Shown in pieces: positions 1-9,787 of a stretch of DNA of 64,000 nucleotides. The notes under the pieces were generated by a model. That model was not told where the DNA came from, did no database searches, and saw nothing but the letters and a program-made list of their open reading frames with translations. The stretch lies in assembly GCA_963666285.1 (NCBI GenBank), contig OY762711.1. One strand, given 5' to 3'. This DNA comes from Sedimentisphaerales bacterium. Its GTDB lineage: Bacteria; Planctomycetota; Phycisphaerae; Sedimentisphaerales; SM23-30. Positions within the stretch are counted from its first letter, which is position 1. Every line of letters starts with the position of its first letter. Position numbers and translations under genes: made by a program.

Positions 1-2679
1 GAAAATGTTTCTATTATTAGTTCGGGAAACAATGTTGGAGGTTTAGCTGGAAATAACTATGGTGATATTTCAAGTTGTTATTGCACCGGTTCTGTAAGCG
101 GCGAAGGTGATCAGATTGGTTGTCTGGTCGGGAGTAACATTTCAGGAACTATTTCAAATAGCTATTCTGTTGGGACAGTAATTGGTGGGGATTATGCTGG
201 TGGTTTTTGTGGAAATAATAACAGTATTATAAGTAACTGTTATGCTATCGGAGAGGTTCAAGGAGTTGGTGCAGTTGGTGGTTTCTGTGGTGCCAATGTT
301 AACGGAGAAATAAATAGTTGTTTCTGGAATAGTGATGTAAGTGGTTTGGATAATAGTTACGGTGGAGAAGGACTGCCAACTTCAGAAATGAAAAAACAAA
401 GTACTTATACAGATAGTGGATGGGATTTCGTAAGTGAGTCAATAAATGGCGGCGATGATATATGGATAATGGGAGATTATCCAAAATTGTATAATTTGAT
501 TAATGAAAGTAATATTGTTTATTTACCTGATCTAAGAGGTATGACCGAAAGCGAAGCAAGTGCAGCATTAGCTTCTAGCGGTTTGGTGCTTAGTGTTATT
601 TCATATGAGCATAATGCAATTTATCCAACAGGAAAAGTGGCATATCAAAATATTCCTGAAGGATTGGTTTCATTAAGTGCTTATGATGTAAGTGTTGTTG
701 TTTCTCTTGGGCCTTTGCTTGACGGCAATGGAATAAAAGAAAATCCGTATCGTATAAATAACTTTTCAGATTTTGAGGCTTTTTGCTCTGAATCAGATTA
801 CTGGGCAGATGGAGTTTATGTCAAACTAATGGCAGACATTGATCTTGATCCGGCATTGCCGGGCAGGGAGGTATATTCGCAAGCCCCTATCGCAGGTGGC
901 CCATTTGAAGTAAATGGCGGTCTATTATTATATGGAATACCTTATTTGGGCCACTTTGATGGTAACGGTCATGTCATAAGAAATTTAACATTGACGACCG
1001 GTCAGATTTGTGGCGGATTATTTGGTTATGCAGATTCTGGGAGCAGTATTTCCAATTTGGGGGTTGAGGATGTTTCCATTATCTGCCGAAACACTTATGC
1101 CGGAGGGCTGGCTGCGGTAAGTCATGCAGTTGTTACAAACTGCTATACAACAGGGACTGTGAGCGGGTTATCTGTTACCGGCGGCCTGATAGGTGAGCAT
1201 GGTTTATTGGATAGGTACAATTATGACAATACTTTGAATAATCCTGGAAAAGTCATAAACAGTTATTCTATATGTTCAGTAAGTGGTGACAGTTTTACAG
1301 GCGGCCTGGTCGGAGTGAACAGGATACCTGTTATCAGGAGCTATTCTACAGGTGATGTGTCGGGAGAGCAGGTCGTTGGCGGATTAGTCGGCTGTAATAC
1401 GGATGGCTTCATAGAGAATTGCTATTCATTAAGTAATGTCAGCAGTACAGGAAGCGATCCAAGTGGCTTTGGTGGTTTGGTTGGATTAACTTCAGGTATT
1501 CATATTGGCGAGTATGTTAATTTTTACATACACGGTAAAGTGGCAAACAGTTTTTCAGCGGGAAGAATTTCTGCTGATGGTGCCGAAAAAGTTGGCGGGC
1601 TGATAGGAGATGATTATACCGGTTTAATAGAAAACTGTTTTTGGGATGTTGATGTTTCCGGTCAGGTTACCAGCGACGGCGGATACGGCGTTTCAACTTC
1701 ATTAATGAAGGAAATATCCACTTTCAAGACAATGGGTTGGGATTTCAGTTTTACCGATGGCGACTTAGCAGTCTGGCATATGCCGGAGGATAGTTATCCG
1801 ATACTTTCCGGTAGAAAACCGGACCTGAATGATGATTTGATTGTTAGTATGGAAGACTTTGCCATCTTTTCTGGGAATTGGCTGAATACAGGTTTTGAGC
1901 CGACAAACAGCTATGAGTCAGATTATGATTTTTCCGGTATGGTAGATATTGCAGATTTAGAAATTTTCGTTAGTTACTGGCTGGAACAATTTGAAGTATC
2001 GCTACCATTGAATTTAGTGTCGTACTTTAAGCTTGATGAGCTTGACGGAGATGTTGCGGTTGATTCCAGCAGTTGTGGTATCGATGGGGTAGTTGCCGGT
2101 GAGCCGGTTCGGGGTGCAGGACAAAATGGCGGCAGTTATGTGTTTGACGGTGCGGTTGATTATGTCCAGGTTGAAGGATTTAACGGGATTGGCGGCAGTG
2201 CTGCGCGGACGGTCGCGGCGTGGATAAAAGCTGATGAGGATCTGGCCAATAGTGAGAATAAAATTCATGCGATAGTGTCGTGGGGCAAGGCGGAGGCCGG
2301 TAAGAAGTGGGCATTTATATTGGATGCAGCTAGCGGACAGTTGGCGTTGGCTACCTATGGCGGAAAGGTTATAGGCGGGGCGGACCTGGAAGATGGATTG
2401 TGGCACCATGTGGCAGTTGTGTTGCCTGCGGGAGCAGATAATCTTAACCAGGTTAAGATGTATGTGGATGGGGCGGAGATAGGTACCAATGCGGCAAGCC
2501 TGGATGCTGAGATTAATACTGCAATGACGGAGGATGTGTTGATAGGTGCGATGGATACGGATGCGGCGGGTGGTGTGCAGAGCCCGGCATTTTTATTTAA
2601 GGGGGCAATGGATGAGGTTAGGATATACAATACGGACTTGTTAGCGGGAGAGATAGCTGAACTGAAGGATGAGGAATGA
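1..2679 (+). CDS. Large secreted/surface protein (5'-partial): GLUG repeats + PASTA domain + dockerin-like repeats + C-terminal LamG/concanavalin-like domain
   Basis: Frame 1 is open from base 1 (ENVSIISSGNNVGGLAG...). It has repeated VGGLxG GLUG motifs, a PASTA segment (LPDLRGMTESEASAALASSGL...VVVSLGP), dockerin-like DLNDDLIVSMEDFAIFSGNWL, and LamG motifs DGLWHHVAV and FKGAMDEVRIY. Confidence 0.85.
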   Translation, partial: ENVSIISSGNNVGGLAGNNYGDISSCYCTGSVSGEGDQIGCLVGSNISGTISNSYSVGTVIGGDYAGGFCGNNNSIISNCYAIGEVQGVGAVGGFCGANVNGEINSCFWNSDVSGLDNSYGGEGLPTSEMKKQSTYTDSGWDFVSESINGGDDIWIMGDYPKLYNLINESNIVYLPDLRGMTESEASAALASSGLVLSVISYEHNAIYPTGKVAYQNIPEGLVSLSAYDVSVVVSLGPLLDGNGIKENPYRINNFSDFEAFCSESDYWADGVYVKLMADIDLDPALPGREVYSQAPIAGGPFEVNGGLLLYGIPYLGHFDGNGHVIRNLTLTTGQICGGLFGYADSGSSISNLGVEDVSIICRNTYAGGLAAVSHAVVTNCYTTGTVSGLSVTGGLIGEHGLLDRYNYDNTLNNPGKVINSYSICSVSGDSFTGGLVGVNRIPVIRSYSTGDVSGEQVVGGLVGCNTDGFIENCYSLSNVSSTGSDPSGFGGLVGLTSGIHIGEYVNFYIHGKVANSFSAGRISADGAEKVGGLIGDDYTGLIENCFWDVDVSGQVTSDGGYGVSTSLMKEISTFKTMGWDFSFTDGDLAVWHMPEDSYPILSGRKPDLNDDLIVSMEDFAIFSGNWLNTGFEPTNSYESDYDFSGMVDIADLEIFVSYWLEQFEVSLPLNLVSYFKLDELDGDVAVDSSSCGIDGVVAGEPVRGAGQNGGSYVFDGAVDYVQVEGFNGIGGSAARTVAAWIKADEDLANSENKIHAIVSWGKAEAGKKWAFILDAASGQLALATYGGKVIGGADLEDGLWHHVAVVLPAGADNLNQVKMYVDGAEIGTNAASLDAEINTAMTEDVLIGAMDTDAAGGVQSPAFLFKGAMDEVRIYNTDLLAGEIAELKDEE

Positions 2680-2812
2680 AAAACAGCCGTAAGCCGCGGC
2701 CTTGTATTATATCGCCTGCGGCGAGAAAGATAGAGCTACGGACTACGGAGTTTCCCGATGGATCGGGAGTTCGCTTTGCTTAGTGCCGTGTTTTATGTTT
2801 CATATAAAAACT

Positions 2813-2886
2813 AAAGTGCTGCGGAAGGCCCATTGAGGCGATTTGCCAGAAGGCACTTTGTAATTGCAACTAAAAAACTACGAAAG
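2813..2886 (+). repeat. Dispersed intergenic motif D, copy 1 (AAAGTG..GGAAGGCCC-N4-AGGCGATTT...TTGCAACTWAAAAACTRCGAAAG)
   Basis: Aligns directly with 9732-9787; this copy has an internal ~20-bp extra segment. Confidence 0.7.
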
Positions 2887-2904
2887 AAAATTTGGAGTAT
2901 TGTC

Positions 2905-5349
2905 ATGCGTTATTCATTCAGGTTATACAGGATACTTATTTCGAGTTCATTACAGGCAATTGCATTTGCCGCTATTGTCTTGAGTATGCAGGTGCCGGTT
3001 TTGGCTGAAAGTTCCGAATTGAGTTCGTTTCAATCAGCCGTTCCTGTATGGCCTGAAGGTCGCGAGAAGGAGATGAACCTTTTTGTCGGATTTACTGCTG
3101 TCTTTGAGAAGCCTGAGAAGCCTGCAGAAATACATGTTGCGGCATCAACTCATTATAAAATATATTTAAACGGAGAGTTTTTGGGAGAAGGGCCCGCGCG
3201 GGGAGCGCATGGGTATTTCAGGTTGGACAGATGGCCGCTGTCTGAAAACTGTGTGAAGGCACAAAATATCGTTGCAATTGAGGTTGCAGGTTATAATGTC
3301 AATAGTTTCTATCTATTGGACCAGCCTTCATTTTTGCAGGCTGAGATAGTCAGTGGTAATAATGTAATTGCGGCAACCGGAACTGAAAATGATTTTAAGG
3401 CAAGGATACTGGACTATCATTTGCAAAAGGTGCAGCGTTACAGTTTCCAAAGGCCCTTTATTGAATACTATCAGCTAAAAACTGATTCGCTGGATTGGAA
3501 AGTCGGCGGGCCGGATTTAATGCAGCCGGTTAAATGCTCAGCGCAGCCGTCTGTAAATCTGCTGACACGCCGGGTTGGATACCCGGAATTCAACGTGATA
3601 CGACCCAATATGCAGGCTGCTGCAGGGGAATTCAGGCAGAACATGCCGGTAGAAAAGCTATGGAAGGACAGGTCGCTGGTAAATATCGGGACAAAGCTTA
3701 AGGGCTATATAGAGAGTCAGCTGGAAGTTGTTCCCTCGAACGAACTGCAGAAGGTACAAACAACTGACATTAGAACGGCATCAGTAAAATATAATGACGG
3801 ATCGACGGAGCTTTGCAAAGGAGAATTCAGTATCTATGATTTAGCAACTAATCTCACCGGTTTTCCGGGGCTTAATATTGAATGCGAAGAGAGTGTCAGA
3901 GTTTACCTGACCTTCGATGAGATTTTACAGAATAATGATGTTAATTTCCGAAGGCTTGGCTGTGTGAACGCTATCGGTCTTGAGCTTGAGCCGGGCAGCT
4001 ACAGATTTGAAAGTTTCGAACCGTATACCATGCGATATTTGAAGGTGATGGTGATGAGCGGTAAGTGCCGGGTTAGTAATATTTATCTGCGTGAGCTGGC
4101 GAATGATGAGGCTGATATTGCCGCCTTTGACTGTGAAGATAAAGACCTGGTAAAAATATTTGAAGCAGCTCGCCAGACGTTTCGCCAGAATGCAACAGAT
4201 CTGTTTATGGACTGTCCTTCACGGGAGCGTGCCGGCTGGCTATGTGACAGTTACTTTACTGCAAGGGTAGCGTTAGACCTTACCGGTAATACCAGTATCG
4301 AAACAAATATGTTCGAGAACTACCAGCTGCCGGAGAGCTTTGCCCATATTCCTGATGGTATGCTGCCGATGTGCTATCCATCGGATCATAATGACGGGGT
4401 ATTTATTCCTAATTGGGCAATGTGGTTTGTTGTCCAGCTTAAGGAATATTATCAGCGGAGCGATGACCGTCAAATGGTGGATGAGCTTAGGGTTCGCATT
4501 ATGGCACTGCTGAAATATTTTGAACAATTTGAAAATGAATCCGGGCTTTTGGAAAAGCTGCCGGGCTGGGTGTTTGTTGAATGGTCTGCCGCGAATTCTT
4601 TTGTGCAGGATGTGAATTATCCATCGAATATGTTGTATGCGGCGGTACTTGATGTGGTCGGGGAGCTGTACGGTCAACCTGAGATAAGTGCCAAGGCTGC
4701 ACGTGTACGCCGTACTATACTGGAGCAGTCTTATGATGGAGAGTTCTTTATTGATAACGCTGTTCGCAAAGACGGTAAGCTGGAGGTTACAGGCAACAAG
4801 ACCGAGGTATGCCAGTATTTTGCCATGTATTTTGGTTTGGTCAGCCCTGAATCACACCCTGAACTATGGCAGAAGCTAAACGATGAATTTGGTCCGGGCC
4901 GCAAAGAGAACAATCGATATCCGAAAGTACATATGGCCAATGCTTTTGTGGGGAACTATCTGCGGCTTGAGCTGCTCAGCCGCTACGGTAATATTACGCA
5001 GTTAAAAGATGAGCTTGCAGGTTATTTCCTGTATATGGCCGATCAGACAGGTACCCTTTGGGAAAATATCGATGCGTATGCAAGCTGCAACCATGGCTTT
5101 GCCAGTCATGTTGCCCATTGTATTTATCGTGACATCCTGGGGGTAAGTATTGACAGGCACGATAAAATAATCAGCCTGACTCTTCGGGACCTGGATATGA
5201 GATACTGCAGCGGTTCTATACCAGTGGAAGAAGGGATGGTAAAGGTTAAATGGACACATATGAATGGGCAGGTGAAAGTTGAATCGGATATCCCTGAGGG
5301 TTATAAACTCACAGTTATTAACCTGACAGATAGTGTTGCAGTAAAATAA
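2905..5349 (+). CDS. Alpha-L-rhamnosidase-like glycoside hydrolase (GH78-like six-hairpin glycosidase)
   Basis: Motifs FMDCPSRERAGW and TGTLWE...SCNHGF. ATG at 2905 follows GGAG; the longer TTG start at 2833 lies inside repeat D. Confidence 0.8.
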   Translation: MRYSFRLYRILISSSLQAIAFAAIVLSMQVPVLAESSELSSFQSAVPVWPEGREKEMNLFVGFTAVFEKPEKPAEIHVAASTHYKIYLNGEFLGEGPARGAHGYFRLDRWPLSENCVKAQNIVAIEVAGYNVNSFYLLDQPSFLQAEIVSGNNVIAATGTENDFKARILDYHLQKVQRYSFQRPFIEYYQLKTDSLDWKVGGPDLMQPVKCSAQPSVNLLTRRVGYPEFNVIRPNMQAAAGEFRQNMPVEKLWKDRSLVNIGTKLKGYIESQLEVVPSNELQKVQTTDIRTASVKYNDGSTELCKGEFSIYDLATNLTGFPGLNIECEESVRVYLTFDEILQNNDVNFRRLGCVNAIGLELEPGSYRFESFEPYTMRYLKVMVMSGKCRVSNIYLRELANDEADIAAFDCEDKDLVKIFEAARQTFRQNATDLFMDCPSRERAGWLCDSYFTARVALDLTGNTSIETNMFENYQLPESFAHIPDGMLPMCYPSDHNDGVFIPNWAMWFVVQLKEYYQRSDDRQMVDELRVRIMALLKYFEQFENESGLLEKLPGWVFVEWSAANSFVQDVNYPSNMLYAAVLDVVGELYGQPEISAKAARVRRTILEQSYDGEFFIDNAVRKDGKLEVTGNKTEVCQYFAMYFGLVSPESHPELWQKLNDEFGPGRKENNRYPKVHMANAFVGNYLRLELLSRYGNITQLKDELAGYFLYMADQTGTLWENIDAYASCNHGFASHVAHCIYRDILGVSIDRHDKIISLTLRDLDMRYCSGSIPVEEGMVKVKWTHMNGQVKVESDIPEGYKLTVINLTDSVAVK

Positions 5350-5401
5350 GCAGGATGGATAGGGTAATGTCTTAAAGAGCCTGACGGCAGAGAGTTTAAC
5401 G

Positions 5402-5620
5402 AACTGACTTAGCGGTCAAGTGAGCAATATAAGAAAGGTATTAGGGGCTAGGTATTAGAGAAGGAAACGCTGCAACCTAAAAAGAGTAAAGTGTAAAATA
5501 AAAAATGTACAGGACCTTGTTTTAAAAGCTGACGCATGTGTCGGCTCCTTTTATAATCGTTACAGATAATATAAGTTGAGATGGCACATAAAAACAAGAA
5601 AATGATGGATAGTAGTATTG
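5402..5620 (+). repeat. Composite intergenic repeat (AACTGAC hairpin module, GGTATTA and TGTAAAA-type heptamers, AAGCTGACGCAT..GTCGGCT hairpin)
   Basis: 5481-5620 aligns with 12340-12530; the modules recur at 12092-12152 and 19241-19352. Confidence 0.75.
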
Positions 5621-5730
5621 ATAAGAAAATGTGCCGCTGCTTGACGATGATTTAACGGCTTGGCAGCAGATCGCAAAGGATATTATTTGACCATGAAGGG
5701 AGTTGTGTTTGAAGGTTTGCTTTAAATGGA

Positions 5731-5765
5731 AAAGGCCCGGCACATGAGTTATATGCCAGGCCTTT
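5731..5765 (-). terminator. Intrinsic terminator hairpin downstream of the GH2 gene
   Basis: AAAGGCCcGGCA...TGCCaGGCCTTT inverted repeat. Confidence 0.65.
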
Positions 5766-5800
5766 GTTGATGATAGGTATGCCGCACAGTGACCGGCGGA

Positions 5801-7657
5801 TTATTTATAAACGGCGGAGTGTAGTGCTTTCATTTTTTCGGGGTCGTACTTGATGACTTTCCGGTCGTAGGTCATAAGTCCGTTGATCTCGCCTTCGACG
5901 TCGGTGGTCTGGGTATATACGGCACCGGATAGTCCGTGTTTCTTCATTTCGATAATCTGGACAAATTTATTGGTGTAATCCTGGAAGAGTTTGTCCCTGG
6001 AGTCAGATTCCTGGTAGCCCCAGTTTTTCTTATCGTTTACGGTCCATAGATGGCCCTTGACGGCGTATCCTATGCCTCCGTATTCACCGACAACAGAAGC
6101 CCGGTCGTCAAAGTATTCCGGCTCATGTACCTTGGTATCGTAAGTATGGATATCGTATATATCTCCGCAAGGTCGGAGCGTCCAGCCGCTGACGGCATTG
6201 ACCAGCCTGGTGGGGTCGTAGGTCTTGACGGTGTCGGCGATGCGGAATGTGTCGTACTGGCCCCATCCTTCGTTGAATGGTACCCAAACCACAATTGACG
6301 GATGGTTGTAATGCAGGTCGATCATCCTGCGTAGTTCCCATTCATACTGGGCAGAAGTTTCTGAGCGTTTCTGCTGGTCCGGGTCTTTATGCCAGATTTG
6401 CTGTGGGTAATCCGGTTCGATATCGGCGAACCTGTCAGCGGTTTTGGGAACGACCTGCATGCCTGAGGGCATATCCTGCCAGACGAGTATTCCGAGTTTA
6501 TCGCACCAGTAGTACCAGCGGGCCGGTTCGACCTTTATATGTTTGCGTATCATATTGTAGCCCATCTGCTTGGTGATTTCGATATCATATTTCATGGCCT
6601 CGTCAGACGGGGGAGTGTGCAGTCCGTCGGGCCACCATCCCTGGTCGAGAGTGCCGTTGTGGAACAGCGGTTTGTTGTTGAGGCACATTATCTTGCCGCT
6701 GTCGCCGTCTTCGAGGCTGATCTTTCTCATGCCGAAATAGCTGGATATTTCTTCGATGACCATGTTATTGTTGTCCTGGTCGATGAGTTTCAGTTTGAGG
6801 TCGTAGAGGAAAGGTCTGCCCGGAGACCAGTAATTTGGTTTGGCAATGTTCAAGCGGATCGGCCGGTCGCCCCTGGCGGTATTAGAAACGATTTTTCTGC
6901 CTTTGTCCAGTACGGTGGCTTCGACCGTGTAATTTTTGACAAAGGTTTCCTTGAGCATCGGGCATACAGTAACAATCTGTGAAGTGATGTCAGTAGAGAT
7001 TTTTACTTCCTTGATATAGGTCGGTTTGGGAACGGCTTCCATCCATACGGTCTGCCATATGCCGCTGACCGGAGTGTACCATATACCTCGCTGCGGGCTC
7101 TGCTGTTTGCCGCGTGCCTGTGGACCGAAAGATGACGGGTCAGTTACGGCGACGACGATATCGTTTTTGCCGGCGTCTTTCAGGTATGCGGTGATATCGA
7201 AGCTGAACCGGTCGTAACCGCCTTTATGTGCGCCGACGTAGGCATCGTTGACCCAGACGGCAGCTTCCCAGTCGACCGCTTCGAAGTTCAGGATAACATC
7301 TTTGTCTGACCATTCCGCAGGTATGGTAAAGGTTCGATGGTACCATAGCCGATCTTCGGGCTTGAGCATTTTTTTGACACCTGACAATGCCGACTCGATA
7401 CAGAACGGCACGAGTATTTCGCCCTCGTATTTTTTTGGGGCAGGAGATGTCCGGCTTAGTACGGCATAGTCCCATAGCCCGTTCAGGTTCTGCCAGTTGT
7501 CCCTTACCAGCTGCGGGCGGGGATATTCCTGCCAGACATTGTCCGGGTCGAGGTTTTCGCCCCATTCGGTCATGATCGGGTTGTCAGCGGGTTGCCAGTC
7601 GGCTATTGCCGAGACAGAGATCCATGCGATTAATAATACCAATAATTTTTTCAACAT
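5801..7657 (-). CDS. Secreted glycoside hydrolase family 2 (beta-galactosidase/glucuronidase-like)
   Basis: Signal peptide; EYPRPQLVR...WQNLNGLW, SGIWQTVW, HPSIVVWVPFNEGW (acid/base Glu) and VGEYGG (nucleophile). Confidence 0.9.
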   Translation of the reverse strand: MLKKLLVLLIAWISVSAIADWQPADNPIMTEWGENLDPDNVWQEYPRPQLVRDNWQNLNGLWDYAVLSRTSPAPKKYEGEILVPFCIESALSGVKKMLKPEDRLWYHRTFTIPAEWSDKDVILNFEAVDWEAAVWVNDAYVGAHKGGYDRFSFDITAYLKDAGKNDIVVAVTDPSSFGPQARGKQQSPQRGIWYTPVSGIWQTVWMEAVPKPTYIKEVKISTDITSQIVTVCPMLKETFVKNYTVEATVLDKGRKIVSNTARGDRPIRLNIAKPNYWSPGRPFLYDLKLKLIDQDNNNMVIEEISSYFGMRKISLEDGDSGKIMCLNNKPLFHNGTLDQGWWPDGLHTPPSDEAMKYDIEITKQMGYNMIRKHIKVEPARWYYWCDKLGILVWQDMPSGMQVVPKTADRFADIEPDYPQQIWHKDPDQQKRSETSAQYEWELRRMIDLHYNHPSIVVWVPFNEGWGQYDTFRIADTVKTYDPTRLVNAVSGWTLRPCGDIYDIHTYDTKVHEPEYFDDRASVVGEYGGIGYAVKGHLWTVNDKKNWGYQESDSRDKLFQDYTNKFVQIIEMKKHGLSGAVYTQTTDVEGEINGLMTYDRKVIKYDPEKMKALHSAVYK

Positions 7658-7753
7658 ATTTAGTCTCCAATAAAATAATACTTTTTAGCTCTAATATGAT
7701 AATCGCAAACTGGTGATAAGTTAAGTGAAAAAGTAAGAAGGAAGAAGCGAGAA

Positions 7754-7939
7754 GAGAGTAAATCAGATTTTATTCATAAGTTTAGTATTGCTCAAAAGGA
7801 AGCAAGGGAGAGTCTTTATTGGCTAAGGTTGCTATATGCATCTGATATTTTGCCAAAAGAAAAATTGAAGCCATTGATTGATGAGACCAATGAAATCGTA
7901 TCGATAATAACAAGAATAATTGTCAATACAAAAAAATAA
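7754..7939 (+). pseudogene. 5'-truncated four-helix-bundle (IVP/Avd-like, TIGR02436-type) gene fragment
   Basis: Translates as ESKSDFIHKFSIAQKEARESLYWLRLLYASDILPKEKLKPLIDETNEIVSIITRIIVNTKK*, a close paralog of the C-terminal half of 20400-20717. No start codon before the in-frame stop at 7700. Confidence 0.85.
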
Positions 7940-8086
7940 CAATGAAAAATAGAATATATCTGTTGCGGCTTCGGCTGACTTTATCAGACATACTCGCCAT
8001 AAATCAATATTCCTGTATTTTCTTTTTCGTCGGCCTCGTCCTCACATCGACATGAGGAACACAAAATATTAAAGAGTTCTAAAATA

Positions 8087-8647
8087 TTACTGCATGAGAT
8101 GTTGGATGAGTATTTTTGTGCCGATGGCGATGAGAATCAGTCCGCCGAGAATTTCCAGTTTATCTTCGAACAGGTGTCCGAAGTAATCGCCAATATATGC
8201 TCCGGCGAACGACATAACAAAAGTGATTAATCCTATCAATATAATAGGAGTGACAATACTTATGCCGAGGAAAGAGAAAGTGACCCCGACAGCGAGAGCG
8301 TCGATACTGGTAGCGATAGCGAGCAGAATGAGAATATGGAGGTTGAGCGGGTCCGCTTTTTCTTCTTCTTTTTTGCACCATTTGGCTTCGTATATCATCT
8401 TACCGCCGATGAAGCAAAGGAGTATAAACGCGATCCAATGGTCACAGCATTTGACGTATTCGGATGCGAACCGCCCGATTTGCCAGCCAATGAAAGGCAT
8501 TAGCGCCTGGAATCCGCCGAAGAAAGCGGCGATTTTCATGGCGTGTCGGACTCTCATTTTTTTAATTACAACTCCACTGGAGACGGAGACCGCGAAGGCG
8601 TCCATTGCCAGTCCGAAAGCGATAATAATTAATTCTAAGCAGCACAT
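8087..8647 (-). CDS. mntP: Manganese efflux pump MntP family
   Basis: GLAMDAFAVS and ATSIDALAVG repeats; multiple transmembrane helices. Confidence 0.9.
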   Translation of the reverse strand: MCCLELIIIAFGLAMDAFAVSVSSGVVIKKMRVRHAMKIAAFFGGFQALMPFIGWQIGRFASEYVKCCDHWIAFILLCFIGGKMIYEAKWCKKEEEKADPLNLHILILLAIATSIDALAVGVTFSFLGISIVTPIILIGLITFVMSFAGAYIGDYFGHLFEDKLEILGGLILIAIGTKILIQHLMQ

Positions 8648-8672
8648 AATATGAGTGAAAAACTAAGAGATA

Positions 8673-8728
8673 GAGTTGAGGTGTCCTGATGTACGCTGAC
8701 ATCAGGAATAATTCGCTGTCGCGACCTT
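8673..8728 (+). repeat. 56-bp dispersed repeat B, copy 1 (internal hairpin CCTGATGT-N6-ACATCAGG)
   Basis: 53/56 identical to 11321-11376; preceded by a heptamer tract at 8653-8672. Confidence 0.9.
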
Positions 8729-8790
8729 GTTTCAAAGAGTGACGCAAAGTTTAGCTTTGTTATTAAATTGTAACCTTTGAATATCATTGT

Positions 8791-9225
8791 TTATTTATAT
8801 AAGGCGTTGGGTAATGTATCTACGAAAGCTTTGATCTGGTCACGTACTGTTCGATAGCAGTTGAGTTTATCATCTTCTGAGTCGAACTCAAGAGCCATTT
8901 TGGGCGGATCGTCAAAACCGACGTGTATAACTTTAGCGTTGCCGGGGAACATAGGGCAGGTATCGTGAGCGTGACCGCAGACGGTGATGACATAGTCGAG
9001 ATCCAAGTCAGCGAATTCGTTAATATGCTGAGATTTATGAGAGCTGATATCGACACCGGCTTCTGCCATAACCTTAACAGCGTTCGGGTTGAGTCCGTGG
9101 GTTTCGATGCCTGCGGAGAAGACATCAATCAGATCACCTTTGAGGTGCCTGGTCCATCCTTCGGCCATCTGGCTGCGGCATGAATTTCCGGTACAAAGGT
9201 ATAGGAGTTTGATTTTACTGTTCAT
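8791..9225 (-). CDS. arsC: Arsenate reductase (thioredoxin-coupled, LMW-PTP fold)
   Basis: CTGNSCRSQMAEG P-loop, VITVC...CP and FDDP motifs. Confidence 0.9.
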   Translation of the reverse strand: MNSKIKLLYLCTGNSCRSQMAEGWTRHLKGDLIDVFSAGIETHGLNPNAVKVMAEAGVDISSHKSQHINEFADLDLDYVITVCGHAHDTCPMFPGNAKVIHVGFDDPPKMALEFDSEDDKLNCYRTVRDQIKAFVDTLPNALYK

Positions 9226-9261
9226 ACGGTTTCCGGGCAAAATTTTGAGTAAGAATATAGT

Positions 9262-9600
9262 TTAGTTATCGATATCCCTGGCGAGAATCTCATCGATAAA
9301 ATATAGTTCCTTCTGGAACTCCGGGTCGTTATCCATCCTGTTTTTGACCATTTCAGCAATAGGAGCGAAGTCGCTGCTGTCTTTGTTGAGCCTGTACCAG
9401 AGTTTATCGTTATCTTTCCTGGTGGTTATAAACCCAATATTTATCAGGATTAAAAGATGCTCAGATACATCCTTTTCCGACTGGTTGAGAAATTCGATAA
9501 TCTGGCATGACAGAAGCTCGTTATTGAGAATTAACGCGGCGATAACTTTTAATCTGTCCAGGTCGGCCAGGGCCTGATAAATTGTAACCAATGTTTTCAT
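9262..9600 (-). CDS. ArsR/SmtB-family winged-helix regulator
   Basis: YQALADLDRLKVI...ELLSCQI...VSEHLLIL...WYRL pattern; lies upstream of arsC. ATG at 9600 or GTG at 9624. Confidence 0.75.
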   Translation of the reverse strand: MKTLVTIYQALADLDRLKVIAALILNNELLSCQIIEFLNQSEKDVSEHLLILINIGFITTRKDNDKLWYRLNKDSSDFAPIAEMVKNRMDNDPEFQKELYFIDEILARDIDN

Positions 9601-9731
9601 ATTTGTACTAGTGCGGTATCGCACTTTTGACTGTTCAATATTATACGCAAAGGCTGGAACAGGGCCTTGTGAATGAAAAACTTAACATTTAATTGTATTT
9701 TCGAGTTATTTCTTGAAAGTATATTTAATTC

Positions 9732-9787
9732 AAAGTGTTACAGGAAGGCCCTTTTAGGCGATTTTTGCAACTTAAAAACTGCGAAAG
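9732..9787 (+). repeat. Dispersed intergenic motif D, copy 2
   Basis: Aligns with 2813-2886. Confidence 0.7.

Noticed and set aside
2833..2904. N-terminal extensions proposed by the ORF track (also 52561-52632, 54983-55084 and 62180-62272)
   Set aside because: They overlap a repeat or promoter/operator elements, or lack an RBS; downstream ATGs have better RBS context.
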